A stretch of DNA of 64,000 bases from Podarcis muralis (GCF_964188315.1 NC_135656.1:8556001-8620000); one strand, 5' to 3'. Numbered from the stretch's first letter, positions 1 through 13,168 are shown. Notes: a model not told the origin generated them from the sequence alone. Program-made: numbers and translations.

Positions 1-210
1 CCATTTCCAAAGCTTGTGCACAGCTTATGCTTATCCACTGGCTCTATTGTGCAGTTGCTCCAGCAGGCATAAGACAACTAACTACCCGAGGGAACCAAAA
101 GCTCTCTAGAAAAGTGGAGGTGGGTGGAGAGAGGTGGCAGCTACTCTGGGGTAAGTGCTGCAGAGCCTAGCTGAGGTTCAAACACAGATAAGCAAAAACC
201 AAGTCCTTAC

Positions 211-260
211 TATACATAAGAAGATGGTCCGCCCATTTCAGCCTTCACTGTGAAGTTCAC
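211..260 (-). CDS. TMEM106C: TMEM106C coding exon 5 (VNFTVKAEMGGPSSYVY); gene continues beyond the window start
   Basis: 50-nt exon, ttccag|...|gtaagg. Confidence 0.9.
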
Positions 261-365
261 CTGGAAAAACAGGGCACAAGCAAAGCCGCATTAGTTTAAG
301 AGGCTGCATCTCCTCTCTCCCCACCATAAAGGCAAGACCCCTATTGCTTTTCCAGACTGCAGTAC

Positions 366-506
366 CAGCTGATCACTCAGTGCCTGGATACGGGTGACGT
401 TGTTGATCTGCCGAGTCCCAACCACAGTATTCATGTACTGCACCTGGCTGGCCAAGCTGGTTACTGCTACAGAGTAGAAATTGGAGTTTCTGATCCGGAG
501 AGTTGC
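366..506 (-). CDS. TMEM106C: TMEM106C coding exon 4 (ATLRIRNSNFYSVAVTSLASQVQYMNTVVG...SDQL)
   Basis: 141-nt exon, ttatag|...|gtactg, in frame. Confidence 0.93.
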
Positions 507-608
507 CTATAAAGTAGGGCAGAGGAAAAGAAAGCCAATAAGATTCTTAGCACCGATCCAGGAAACTACAGCTGCATTAAGTAATATATAGACACACTTG
601 GGTATTAC

Positions 609-768
609 CGTGATGGCAAGGACCACAAGGGAGTTTTTCTCGTCAAACCAGACCGTGACCACTTTGATGCCATTGTCATCCACAAGGACTGAGTGAGGAA
701 AGAGAAAGAAGACCACCAGCCCTGACACCAGGAGGCAGAGCAGCACCGACACCAAAACATAGAGTTTC
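609..768 (-). CDS. TMEM106C: TMEM106C coding exon 3, transmembrane helix (KLYVLVSVLLCLLVSGLVVFFLFPHSVLVDDNGIKVV...LAIT)
   Basis: 160-nt exon, ctgcag|...|gtaata; cumulative 411 nt gives phase 0. Confidence 0.95.
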
Positions 769-980
769 CTGCAGAGGACAAGAGCAACAGTTAGCCAGCT
801 TCCCTTCCTGGGCTCAGCTCCTGCTAACAGATCCACACTTTATATGCATAAGAACATAAGAAGGACCTAGCTAGATCAGGCCAAAGGCTTCCTGTTCTTA
901 CACTGGTCAACCAGATGCCTACAGGAAGCACATCAGCTAGCAGGGCCTGAGGGTAACAGCACTCTCCTTGTGATTCCCAT

Positions 981-2546
981 GAAAAATTAGAATATGATGG
1001 AAAAATTCATTTATTTCAGTAATTCAACTTAAAGGGTGAAACTAATATATGAGACAGACTCATGACATGCAAAGCAAAACATGTCAAGCCTTTATTTGTT
1101 ATAATTGTGATGATTATGGCATACAGCTGATGAAAACCCCAAATTAACAATCTCAGAAAATTAGAATATTGTGAAAAGGTGCAATAGCTATTCAATCCAT
1201 AACAACTGCAATGGGTTCCTGAGCCTTTAAATGGTCTCCCAGTCTGGCTCAGTAGGAAGCACAATCATGGGGATGGCTGCTGACCTGACAGTTGTGCAGA
1301 AAGCCAACATTGAGACCCTCCATAAGGAGGGAAAGCCTCAAAAGGTAATTGCAGAAGAAGTTGGATGTTCCCAAAGTGCTGTATCGAAGCACATTAATGA
1401 AAAGTTATGCGGAAGGGGAAAGTGTGGAAGGAAAAGGTGCACAAGCAGCAGGGATGACCGCAGCCTGGAGAGGATGGTTAGGAAAAGACCATTCAAATGT
1501 GCTTGGGACATTCACAAGGAGTGGACTGAGGCTGGAGTTAGTGCATCAAGAGCCACCACACAGAGACGGATCCTGGAGATGGGCTTCAAATGTCATATTC
1601 CTCTTGTCAAGCCGCTCCTGAACAAGAAACAACATCAGAAGCGTCTTACCTGGGCTAAAGAAAAAAAGGACTGGTCTGTTGCTCAGTGGTCCTAAGTCCT
1701 CTTTTCTGATGAGAGCAACTTTTGCATCTCATTTGGAAACCAAGGACCCAGAGAAGAAGAATGGGGAGGTACACAATGCCAGATGCTTGAAGTCCAGTGT
1801 GAAGTTTCCACAGTCTGTGTTGATTTGGGGAGCCATGTCACCAGCTGGTGTTGGTCCACTGTGCTTCATTAAGTCCAGGGTCAACTCAGCCATCTACCAG
1901 GAGATTTTGGAGCACTTCATGCTTCCTTCCAACAGACAAGCTTTATGGGGATGCTGACTTCATTTTCCAGCAGGACTTTGGCACCTGCCCACACTGCCAA
2001 AAGTACCAAAACCTGGTTCAATGCCCATAGGATTACTGTGCTTGATTGGCCAGCAAACTCGCCTGACCTGAACCCCATAGAGAATCTATGGGGCATTGCC
2101 AAGTGAAAGATGAGAGACATGAGACCAAGCAATGCAGAAGAGCTGAAGGCTGCTATTGAAGCATCCTGGTCTTCCATAATACCCTCAGCAGTGCCACAGG
2201 CTGATAGCATCCATGCCACGCCGCATTGAGGAAGTAATTGATGCAAAAGGGGCCCAAACCAAGTACTGAGTACATATGTATGCTTCTACTTCCCAGAGGT
2301 CCAATATTGCTCTATTTGCAATCCTTGTTTTGCTGATTTCATTTAATATTCTAATTTTCTGAGGTTGTTAATTTGGGGTTTTCATCAGCTGTATGCCATA
2401 ATCATCACAATTATAACAAATAAAGGCTTGACATATCTTGCTTTGCATGTCATGAGTGTATCTCATATATTAGTTTCACCTTTTAAGTTGAATTACTGAA
2501 ATAAATGAACTTTTCCACCATATTCTAATTTTTCGAGTTTCACCTG
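981..2546 (+). mobile_element. Defective Tc1/mariner (DD34E-type) transposon; transposase pseudogene 1267-2269
   Basis: About 190-200 bp inverted repeats (981-1170 and 2345-2546) containing direct repeats aaattagaatat; right end CACCTG+[36 protein letters not shown]; premature TAA at 1693 and frameshifts. The left outer ~12 bp is missing. Confidence 0.92.
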
Positions 2547-3943
2547 TAGTGAACACACCAAAGCACATCTCCATTTTGCAAAGGAAGTGCAAGGCACTGG
2601 ACTAGGCAGTCATATTTAATCCATCAGTTCAACTCCACACAAAGTCCTATCATTGCAAAATTCTCCCCTTGCCCTCCAAATCAGAAATAATAATTTAACT
2701 CTTCATTATACAAAAGCTCCTCAAAACATCCTTAAGATGCACCTCAGTATCTCTGGGGGCAGGCAACAGATAATGCACACTTTTTTTTGTTCAGGATATG
2801 CATCAAGCCAGGCAGCAAAACAAAGCACTACAGCTTTCCAGCACAAAGCCTGAAACAGGAAATTACGATGCTCAGACAATGCCATCTTTGGGCTCACCCC
2901 AACAAGGCAGAGAGAGGCCATGTACAAAGCTGGCTGCAATCTGAAGCACAACATTAGGATTTCACCCACAAGGCCTACAAGTCACTGTCTCCCTCTCCTT
3001 CCCTTCAAAGTCCAGCCACTGTGGTCAAAATGGCTGTTAAAGCCGAGAATGAATTTGTAAACAGGACTTCCAGAGTTTATTTTTACAGGGGAAACACAAC
3101 TTGGCCAAGAACAGTTTCAAGACTAAACATCTGCTCTCCCCATGAGTGGGTGCACATGTGCAAACATCTGCTGACCAAGGAAAACACTTCCAAGGAAGCA
3201 AACTCTTCTTCATGAAAGCTTCTGCCGCAATGCACCTGTCAGTCTTTAAAGTATTTAAAGACTCCTTTTGGTGGTTTGAAGGCCTTTCCACACATGGAAC
3301 TTAGAGCAGTTATTTCTCTAGTTCTATAAAAAACTACAGTAGCAAATCTGTGGTTTGCTCTCCCTGTATCCCCAAGCTTATGGAAGAGAGGTTTGATGGC
3401 TATGTAAACCTTTATGTGTGGGAAAGCCTTCAATATGAGAAGTTCTGCTTTGCTTCCACAACATATGTTTAAAGTGCATTCAGTGTACATGACTCCTCCC
3501 CAACAAATCCAGGGAACTGTAGTTCCCCCATCACAGACCTACAGTTCCACTGCTCTTACAACTAGTTTCCATGATCCTTTGGGGGGAAGCCATGTGCTTT
3601 AAATGTGTGTTTGGTGTGCTTTAAATGTATGGTGTGCATCTGCTAACACATTCAGCAAACTTGTTAAGACACCTGCCTTGCTAAACACCAGAAATACTGG
3701 AATTCACTTTGTAGAATGGGAACAAACTGAGTTGCATTTTTTTTATAGGCTCTGATTTATTCAGTAAACATTTCAGGTTACAATCAAGAAGTAGTCAAGG
3801 CATTTTGTAGATTAGAGTCGTTGGGCAGAAAGCAAACTGGACGCGGAGGTGAGATATCTCCTTTCAGCAGGATATTAATTCACTTCCATGTCAATTAGAA
3901 CATAAAGGCAGCAAGAGGAGTTAGAGACTTCATTTGTACTTAC

Positions 3944-4007
3944 GTCCTTTGAGGTTTTAACCTCTGGTCATGGTATGGTATTAGAGCTACCAATTCGTTG
4001 ACTTGCT
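3944..4007 (-). CDS. TMEM106C: TMEM106C coding exon 2 (EQVNELVALIPYHDQRLKPQRT)
   Basis: 64-nt exon, ttctag|...|gtaagt; phase joins the 187-nt exon in frame. Not in the ORF track. Confidence 0.93.
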
Positions 4008-5279
4008 CTAGAAGAAGAAAGCAAGAAGTAATTGCCAATGCTAGACGCTCTCAAGTCTTACAGGCTTGTTTTCAATGCACAAATATGTGAAAACTGTGAA
4101 ATCTGGGTTTCCATATGAAAAAGTCCTAAATACTTGAATTTCCTGTGAATTATCAACAGGACTGAGAAGTGAACAACTCTACAAGGACAGGTGGGATGGG
4201 GTAGGTGTTACCTAAGCCGTTTAAAAAAACAGGAGGATGTGATAACTCATACACAGCAAAACAACAGACTGGTTTCAAGTCCACCTTGGGAACCTTTAGT
4301 TTAAGTAAAATAAACAAACAAAATTGGGAAGGGGAACCTGAGGCCCTCCAGATATTATTGGACTACCACTCCCATCCCCTGTGGCCATTGGCCAGGCTTG
4401 TTGGGGCTGAGAGTTTGAATCCAACAATATCTAGAAGGCAACAGGTTCTTCACCCCTGCATAGGGTAGAAATAGAAATAAATGTAACTTGAACAAAATTA
4501 TACACTTGTGGCAGACATGAGTCTAGAATCACGACTGTGCCGCTGATCTAGAGGTGCTACCTAGCACTCCACAGAATCTGCCAAGTTTGCCACACCAGAG
4601 GCAGGCAACATCAGGTCTGCAGAGTGAGATTCAGTCTGTCCATGCTCACCTCTGAGAAACGAGGTGCACACCACGTCAGCATGTGACTGTTATTTATAAA
4701 GGACATAAACTACAAGTGGCAGGGAAATCACAAGGTTGGGGGGGGGGGAGCAGGGAAGATCCCACGGGATGAAACATGCTTTCAAAACCAATGGGAGCTG
4801 AAGCTTGTTATGGAGTCCACTGACAACAGCAGATTGCAAAAATGTATAGCAGCAAGGGGCCTGAAGGAAGCCCAGCCCAAGTCCTATGTTGGGGGTAGGA
4901 TTCTCTGGCTTCCAACAGCCCTCACTTATTAGGCATGACTGGTGTGCAACAAAAGCAAGTTGTGTGAATACCATGCCAGAGATTCCTGCAGGACAAGGGA
5001 TTGGTTTGCTCCACACAAATCCAGATAGATCAAAGTAGTAAGCCACAACATGCACAGGGGAAGCTCTCCAGGCCACTGGCCGGCCTGACCCAAGAGGAAC
5101 TTCTCAAATACAGTTATTGCACAGCCCAAGGTGAGATAATAGGAAATGCTAGAAGACAGGATTTGCAGGAGTAGGAAAAGGCACTTTAGGATGCCCTTAA
5201 GCTATGGCCTAGTAGTGCAAAAAGGTCACCGTCCTCTGGAAGTGAGATAGCAGGCTAAGGTATACAGAGCCAGAATTAC

Positions 5280-5466
5280 CTGTTGGGATGCAGCCAGTGC
5301 CTTGGCAGGAGGGGCAGGTGATGCTGTCTCGCCCAGTGAATTCAACATATGGAAACCTAGCAATGTCTTCCTCCCGATCCTTGTTGTCTAGCAAATCGTT
5401 GTCCTCTTCTCTCTGTTGTCGCCTGGAAGAGTAGGAGCTGGTGCCGACAGACTGCAAAGACCCCAT
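5280..5466 (-). CDS. TMEM106C: TMEM106C first coding exon (MGSLQSVGTSS...DIARFPYVEFTGRDSITCPSCQGTGCIPT); the exon begins at 5508 with 5'UTR
   Basis: TMEM106-family motif FPYVEFTGRDSITCPxCQGTG. Acceptor tttcag|G at 5509/5508, ATG at 5466, donor G|gtaatt at 5280/5279 (187 coding nt). Confidence 0.95.
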
Positions 5467-5773
5467 TGCACCAGGTTTTTTCGGGAAGGAGGGGGTTCCT
5501 AACGTGTCCTGAAATGGTGAAGGAGAGGACAAATGTTGACATAAAAAGCAGTATCTCTCCCACCCCAGGTTAATCTGCTTCAGAAAGGGACACCATCAGT
5601 GTCACATGTAATCCAAAAGAAAAGGTTAGAATTCTGCACCAAGATGGTGATGGGGAAATGAATGAATTCTGCAACCTGTATACAATCTATATTTTTGCAC
5701 TGTTTCCCTTCACGTTTACACCATGTATTATGGCTGTGCTAAAATTCAGCTTGCTTTGCCCAGGCATAAGAAA

Positions 5774-5818
<45 letters not shown>

Positions 5819-6822
5819 TGACAACCAAGTATCCTGTTTGATATTTAATTAATATGAGCAGGGTGCTAGCTCTTGAAATGTTTTAAGTTAACTGCCTTTT
5901 TTAAATTTGAAGTTAGGCTGCCTTGAGAAGGGTTTGCCCTAAAAAGACAGCCTAGAAATCATTAAAAGAAGATACAGTACTCGGAAACCAAAATTTATTG
6001 TCCAGTTCTACTTCCTGCACTTTATCTGGATCCCAAACAGCTTGCAGCATATAAACAGTTGCAGCACCTTTGTCTCCCTCTTGCTAATGCAATCACAATA
6101 GGAAAAAACAGCAAATGACGCTGTTTTCTCTGCACATGAATATATAGGTATACTGTATCATACAGATTCATATGTTTGGCCTGCCGCTGGTGGGGCTATG
6201 TTCCCGGGCAAGAAAAGGTATACTGTACACCTAGGAAGTGCTTGTGGATCCAGCATCATCCTTTGAAGTAAGTCTGGAAACTGCCATTGCTCCAGAATGC
6301 AGCAGCCAGACTGTTGCCTGCTGCAAGATGTTTTGGATTTCCATACAGCGTTGTTCCAGCTTCACTGAGTCCCTGTTTGTGTGAGTCTTAACTTTCAAAG
6401 CCCTAAAGAGTCTGGGACCAAGATTCTTCAGGAACTGCCTCCTTCGATATAAACTTGGTCGTGTGTACCATTCAAGAATTGCAGGTCTGCTGCCTGAACC
6501 CCTGTCATCTAAAGCAGGCATGGGAAAATCTGTGGCCCTCTGATATTGTCAGACTCAAACTCCCATCAGCCACAGCCAGCACAGCCAATGATCATGGGAC
6601 TTAGTCCAGCAACATGGGTGTGGGAGGGCGGGCACAAGTTCCTCACCCCTCACCTGAAGTAAGGCATGCACGAGACTTTCCCCAAGTGTAACATTTAAAC
6701 TATGGAACGCCCAGGGCACCGCTCACTTTGAGTCAAGCAGTTAAGGTTTGGATTTGTAAAAGAAGAATGTGGACAAGATTAACAACATTTTCTGATCAGC
6801 TGATGGTTTTTTTTGTGGTATT

Positions 6823-7462
6823 CAGGGTGGATAAAAATCAATGACTTAAAAAAAAAAAAGGATTTTTTGATTTAAAAAATCGCCCACTGGGTTCCAACAA
6901 CTGCACTGACACTTAACTGTACAGAATATACACAGGGCGATAGGGTAGAAATAGTAACTGGGATCTATAAGTCCTTGAAGTGCTTGCCAGTCAACTACTA
7001 AGAGTTCACTGGTTCCTGGCCCTTCTTCCCAGGACTTGCCTGACATTGTCTAAACAATAAAGTCTCTAACCACAGTAGTTAACAAATATGGATACATATG
7101 CTATAATGTTATTTTTTTAGTTAAATAAATTATTTAAATTGTTATTAAGGAAATGATTATTTTTCTCCTTCGAATAAAGTATAGCAGAAAAGTTGTCTAA
7201 ATATAAAAAGTTAACTTATTAAACCTCACAATAATTTCATAATTATGTCTATGTATTTCTAATAGTATAACCAAATCAGTAATTTTTTTATATAACTGTA
7301 AAAACTTCACTAAAAATTTATTAATCCAAAATCAAAACCTTCATCTGGTTGTAAATATTAAGATTATAGCAGCAAGAATGAGTCTTTATGTAGAATCTGA
7401 TTTAAATCAAGTCTTACTGACTAGTGATTTAAATCTATTTGATTTAAATCAAATCCACCCCA
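6823..7462. mobile_element. Non-autonomous hAT DNA transposon
   Basis: TIR CAGGGTGGAT / ATCCACCCCA; perfect 8-bp TSD GTGGTATT (6815-6822 and 7463-7470). Confidence 0.85.
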
Positions 7463-8549
7463 GTGGTATTGTTCTTAAAATGTGTTGTGGTCAGACATCT
7501 TAAGAGCCACCCAGAGACAAGACAGGGAAACATGTTTTAATAAATAAAACAAACAAGAACTAAGCTCTAGTTGTGGACATAACCTTAAAAGAAGCATACC
7601 CATGTCTAAAAAACAATAGCGCTATTTTTTGGATAGATAAAGAGAATGCGCACTGGTTAGGAGATGTTGGAAGAACAAACTTAAAACACATAACACAAAG
7701 AAAAACACGTAAAATCAAGACCAGCCCCTTCACCACTCAAGATGGGCAAAAAAGGAGCAAGACCAGAAACACTCATAACAGTATCTAATTAGACTTCTCC
7801 TAGAAAGTGAGGAAATCCAAGTTCCCTAAGCACAAGCCACACCCCCTTCCCTCCACTTAAACCCATTGCTTCTTCTTACCCCCACCCACCCACAAAGTAG
7901 CTTTGCTCAAGAGCATCTCTCTCATGGCCCTGACCCATTTCTCCCACAGGGCCTCCCACCCCATTTCTCTACAAGTAGCTCCCCTCCCCACCTACCCCAA
8001 GACAAAAACATTATTTACTAGCAAGATGAATGTCATTAGGACAATGTGTGACTGTAGGGATGACTGCAATAGTGTCATTGTGGGTCAGGCCTTTCAGCAG
8101 CAGGAATGAAAGGCCTTGATCACACTGTAACACTGCCCTTCCTCCCATATACTGTACAGCATTTTATATCCCCCAACAAAGATGGGATTATTCATCATTA
8201 TTTTACATGGGGGAGAGAGGGGGAGAGATTTATACAAGGGAGCATTCGGGGACACCACTGGGATAGGCCCTAAGACTTGGGCTACACTGGTGTATGACAG
8301 AGTATTGAGAGAAAATGTTAAGGACAGTCCTTTTTCACAGATTAAGTTCATGTTTTCAAATTCCTGTTAATTCAAGTAGGATACCTGGCCATTTTAAAAG
8401 GCCCTCAAGCGCACCTTACAAAACTTAAAAATTAACAGAACCAACCAACCAAAACAAGAAAATGTGTAGGGCACCTCCAGGCTATGTTTTTTGTTTGTTT
8501 GGGGGCGTGTTCTGCAATATGTCACTGCAGCAGTAACAGAACATTAGTA

Positions 8550-8785
8550 CAGTGGTACCTTGGTTTACGAACTTAATCTGTTCCGGAAGTCCGTTCTTAA
8601 ACCAAGCCGTACTTTCCCATAGAAGCGGGGGACTCAATTTACAAATGGAACACACTCAACAGGAAGCGGAACATGTTCTGCTTCCAAGGCAAAGTTCACA
8701 AACCAAAACACCTCCTTCCGGGTTTGCAGCGTTCTTAATCTAATTTGTTCATAAACTAAGCTGTTCTTAAACCAAGGTACCACTG
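8550..8785. mobile_element. Tc1/Tigger-like MITE
   Basis: TIR CAGTGGTACCTTGGTT / AACCAAGGTACCACTG with TA on both sides. Confidence 0.88.
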
Positions 8786-10056
8786 TAGTGGGTTTAAATT
8801 GGACAATCCACCCATCATTCCGCTTTGTAAGTTGTTCTGTGATGCTTCCCCAGTGCTACTGCATTGCTGCCATTTGGAGAGGCACTCTTGAACTATAAGG
8901 TAACAAGAGTGAGGGGGGGGGGGGAAGCCAGGACATTTATGGCATAAAAACTTACAGAATTTCAGGAGGAAGTTAAAGGACATGAACTGGCAGGAAACCA
9001 AGTTGTATGCCCAAAACTTTTGCACGTGCAAAAAGTACCAGAAAAACAGATCACATAACCACCTTGATACCATCATGAGCACAGATCATGAATGCAAACT
9101 AAAAAGGGCATCTGGAAGGGGCCATAATCAAACGCAACAGCATCTCAGCAATTTAAACGCTTTATAAGCAGCACAAACAGAAGTCAGGGAGCGAGCTATC
9201 CACACCTAAGGCATGACAAAACAACACAGCCTTTACAAGTCGTGGAAATACAGGTGGTGGTGGTGGGGCAAACAAATATTCAAGAGAGACTTCCACAAAA
9301 GAAGACCTTGTCCTATGTGGACTCCAGCCACACCTCTCATGGTCGCTAAACAGAGAGCCACCTCCACTGGGGACCACAATAGACAGGCAGGATCATACAG
9401 GAGGAGCTAGTTCTTAGAATTCCCATGCCCAACTATTCAGTACAATCCCACACACAAATTTAAAGTTGGAGGCACACGTCATTCTTCAACCTGAAAATGG
9501 CTATTCTGACGGCAGCTGATTTTTTTCTATAGGATGAGTGCACATTCACCTTTCTACAAGGACCGCTCACTTCATGCTTGCCTCCACCTTACAGTCAAGA
9601 GGCACTCAAAAGTGCAACTCTATATGTATTGGGGTAACCGAACGATGCCATCACACAACCCCATGCAGAGAGGTGGCAGGATTATCCTCTCACCCCTGGC
9701 AAAGAGACTAACTGAAAGGAGGCAAGACCCATATAGTGAATCATGCATTGCAGAGACACAACAGACGGCCTCTTTCGTGGATGCGCACAAACTTTACTTC
9801 TCATGGCACACAAGCAGTTTTCTCACAACGTGTGGCTTTTGAATTACTAAAACAGATAGCAAGACTACCATAAATGAGATACTTCACCTGGCGGGTTGAC
9901 AGCCAAAACTGGGGAACAGAAACATGTTGGATAGGCTGTGCAAAGGCAGGACCACCCTTTAATTTCTTTTTTAAAGGGGGGTGTCAGTTTCAAACAATGA
10001 GATGTAGGAGGAGAAAGAGGGTGGGGAGAGAAGACAAAGGTAGAAAGATGGCCATA

Positions 10057-10289
10057 CAGCGGCACCTCAGGTTAAGTACTTAATTCGTTCCAGAGGTCCG
10101 TACTTAACCTGAAACTGTTCTTAACCTGAAGCACCACTTTAGCTAATGGCTGCTACTGCGCCGCCGGAGCACGATTTCTGTTCTCATCCTGAAGCAAAGT
10201 TCTTAACCTGAAGCACTATTTCTGGGTTAGCGGAGTCTGTAAGCTGAAGCGTATGTAACCTGAAGCATATATAACCCGAGGTACCACTG
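10057..10289. mobile_element. Tc1/Tigger-like MITE
   Basis: TIR CAGCGGCACCTCAGGTTA / TAACCCGAGGTACCACTG with TA flanks. Confidence 0.82.
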
Positions 10290-10292
10290 TAT

Positions 10293-10420
10293 ATAGAATC
10301 ATAAGGGACCACAAGGGTCAATCTAGTCCAACCCCTTGAAATGCAGGAATCTTTTGCCCCGACGTGGGGCTTGAACCATGACCCTGAGATTAAGATTCGT
10401 GAGTTCCACCGACAGAGCTA
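10293..10420 (-). mobile_element. SINE with tRNA-Lys(CTT)-derived head and CR1-derived tail
   Basis: Minus strand tagctctgtcggtggaa...tcttaatctcagggtcatggttcaagccccacgtcgggc resembles tRNA-Lys-CTT, followed by a CR1 3' end (ggggttggactaga...atgattctat). Confidence 0.7.
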
Positions 10421-10559
10421 CTCCTAAAAAATAATAATTGAGGCCAGTCTCACATAGCAGGCAAGGTTAAAAGACTATTGGGACAGATACCAGAAGAAAG
10501 GCAGCGGGGTGGAAGGGTTAGGAGTGTCAAACTAGGGCTCAAGGGCTATTTTAATATTC

Positions 10560-10645
10560 TTTTGGAAGCCGCCCAGAGTGGCTGGGGAAGCCCAGCCAGA
10601 TGGGCGGGGTATAAATAATAAATTATTATTATTATTATTATTATT
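10560..10645 (+). mobile_element. L2-type LINE 3' tail with (TTA)n
   Basis: Same tail (gaagccgcccagagtggctggggaa...gggcggggtataaat) terminates the L2 relic at about 51505-51580. Confidence 0.6.
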
Positions 10646-10979
10646 GGCCGGCCAGCCCCACCCGCCACTGCCCCTCTCTAAGCAAAGCCTACCTCACAAG
10701 GGTGTTGTGGGAATAAAATAAAAAGACGTGAGAAGGGGGGGGGGGGGAGCGCCGGCCACGCCACCACCTTGAAGGAAAAGGAGAGGTATTTATTTATTTC
10801 ATCAAACTTACACACCGCCTGACTGCGAAACGACGACCCCAAAGCAGCTTACGAAAGATAAAACAGTGAAATGGAGAGAGAGAGAGAGAGAGAGAAATAC
10901 AAAAGTTAAAACGCTATTAAACCCTATTAAAAACCACCTCAGCTTTCTAAGCATCTGGGGGGAGGCTGGTGTCGTAGAA

Positions 10980-11600
10980 ACAGCAGGTGCTGAAAAGGGG
11001 TCTGGAAACCGCTTCGCCTCAGCTGAGGAAAACCCCGACCCGCTTCGGGCCACCCTCCCTTCCCTCTCCCGCGTCACACGTTCACACGTTCACCCTCCCA
11101 CCGCCCTACGCAGAGTCACCTCCGGGCTGAAAAGCTCCCCAGCTCCGGCCTCACCGGCGGCTCCTCGCCATCTGCTGAAGCCGCTTAGCGTCGCTACGAC
11201 ACCCAGCAGCGTCACAACGAGGGAGGGGGCGGTGCCGAGAGGAAGCCACGCCCCCACCCGGAGCCGCAAGACGCAACAGAAGAAGTTTTCAAGCCCGCCC
11301 CATATAAGGAGCCGCTCACCTCCCCGTGCGCAGGCGCGGCATACGGGCGTGAGACGGCAGCGCGCGTGCGCAGTCCCAGCACCGGCGTCAGCCCGTATCA
11401 CGAGGAGTAGGCGTAGCTGCAACGACGCGCTGAGACGCCGAAGCCTCGGCCCCCCACAAGGGAGCGCTGTTGGTTTCACTGCGCATGTGCGAACGATGGT
11501 TAAGCAGGGAAGGCTCTGTCTCTTGAGAGGGGCGGGCCCGCCCGTGAAGCAAAAGAAGGCGGGCGCAGGAGGCGCTGGGGCAGCAGATCCCAAGACCGTA
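10980..11600 (-). promoter_or_regulatory. CpG island, probable TMEM106C promoter and non-coding exon 1
   Basis: Very high GC/CpG density. Exact NRF1 consensus TGCGCACGCGCG (minus) at 11361-11372, a near match at 11480-11491, GC boxes near 11529-11545, and a candidate donor GAG|gtgact at 11120/11119. Confidence 0.75.
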
Positions 11601-11655
11601 TAGAGCTTAATTGAATCATTCCCGCCCATTATTCCCCGCCTTGTTCCATGCAGAT

Positions 11656-11791
11656 CAGTGTTTCCCAAACTTGGGGCGCTGGCTGATTTTGGACTACAAT
11701 TCCCATCATCCCTGACCACCGGTCTTGCTAGCTAGGCATGATGGGAGTTGTAGTCCAAAAACAGCTGGCGACCCGAGTTTGGGGAACGCGG
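11656..11791. mobile_element. Palindromic hAT MITE carrying two ZNF143-like motifs
   Basis: TIR CAGTGTTTCCCAAACT / AGTTTGGGGAACGCGG; 8-bp TSD ATGCAGAT / ATGCATAT (7 of 8); internal inverted GGACTACAA(T/C)TCCCATCAT. Confidence 0.8.
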
Positions 11792-12384
11792 ATGCATATC
11801 TTCACTCACCCCTTCTGCCTTGGCGTGGGCGGGGGGAACCATATTGTGGTTCGCCTCAGCTGCCCAAACTGTCTTGTATCTGAATACAGGTTGACACCAG
11901 TTTGCTCCAGTTCCATTAATTCAGTTTAATCTCACACACATGCACACCAGTGGTTCATATGAATTTAATTCCACAGTGGTAAGCGTTCTGTTGCATGAGC
12001 TGTAAAAGACCCAGCTGAATCCAGAATTAATTCTACAATGAGAGCAGACTCTTCAAATTCAGTGGGTCTCCTCTAAGCATGGCTATGTCCAAATCCAGCC
12101 TATTCCCTTTTAATGGGCTGCTTACCCTTCCTGGTTCTGGGATAAATCCTAAATCCACATATTCCCTGTTGAATCCTGCTGACCTTTGCCTCCAAAGTGA
12201 AGGTGCATAACACTACAATCCCATGACTACTCAGAAGCAACCCACTGAGTTCCATGGGCTTTACTCCCATGAGTGCGGAGAGTATTGCAACCTAAGAGTA
12301 AGGCAAATAAATGACTTATAGTGTGGCAATGAGGTGGCAGAGCTGGGCCTGCACCACTCCACTTCACAATAAGCACTCTATGGT

Positions 12385-12497
12385 TCTTTGGAAGGTTTTA
12401 AGCCAAGGTTGGATGGCCATCTATCACGTATGAGATTCCTACATCGCAGGGGGTTGGAATAGCTTGGGATCCCTTCTATCCCTATAATTCTATGACT
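12385..12497 (+). mobile_element. CR1 3' end fragment
   Basis: ctttggaaggttttaagccaaggttggatggccatct...ggggttgga...ttctatga. Confidence 0.6.
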
Positions 12498-12810
12498 GTA
12501 TTCTACTCTATGAGTCTATGTTTACTTAGAAATAAGACCCACTAAGTTCACTGGATTTCTGCACTTAAACCCTTAGGCCTCTTATGCATAGAGACAGGAA
12601 AAGATATAAGATTCAATTGTCTGGGATGGAATTTCCTGGTTCTTTTTTCTGCTGTTTCTTCCTCACCATCTACCTTGGTGGGGCAGAAGTGAGAACAATG
12701 GAAAACAATGTCGCAGTTCATGGCTTTAGGCTGCCTGACATTGACCAGTGGGGTGTCCATCCAGAAATAAAAGATAGCAGCAAAAAAGGGAACCTAAGCT
12801 CTTCCTAAAA

Positions 12811-13168
12811 GGGACGCGGGTGGCGCTGTGGGTAAAAGCCTCAGCGCCTAGGATTTGCCGATCGAAAGGTCGGCGGTTCGAATCCCCACGGCAGGGTGCG
12901 CTCCCGTCGTTCGGTCCCAGCGCCTGCCAACCTAGCAGTTCGAAAGCACCCCCGGGTGCAAGTAGATAAATAGGGACCGCTTACCAGCGGGAAGGTAAAC
13001 GGCGTTCTGTGTGCTGCGCTGGCTCGCCAGATGCAGCTTGTCACGCTGGCCACGTGACCCGGAAGTGTCTGCGGACAGCGCTGGCTCCCGGCCTATAGAG
13101 TGAGATGAGCGCACAACCCTAGAGTCTGGCAAGACTGGCCCGAACGGCAGGGGTACCTTTACCTTTAC
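12811..13168 (+). mobile_element. Full-length Sauria SINE
   Basis: tRNA-like head gggacgcgggtggcgctgtgg...ggttcgaatcc, (ACCTTT)n tail, 14-bp TSD TAAGCTCTTCCTAA (12795-12808 and 13173-13186). Confidence 0.92.

Noticed and set aside
10350-10420. tRNA-Lys gene
   Set aside because: Degenerate cloverleaf fused to a CR1 tail, so a SINE head. No genuine tRNA or rRNA gene was seen in the window.
10866-11719. 245-aa and 209-aa ORFs over the CpG island
   Set aside because: Low-complexity products of GC-rich, stop-poor DNA; no domain.
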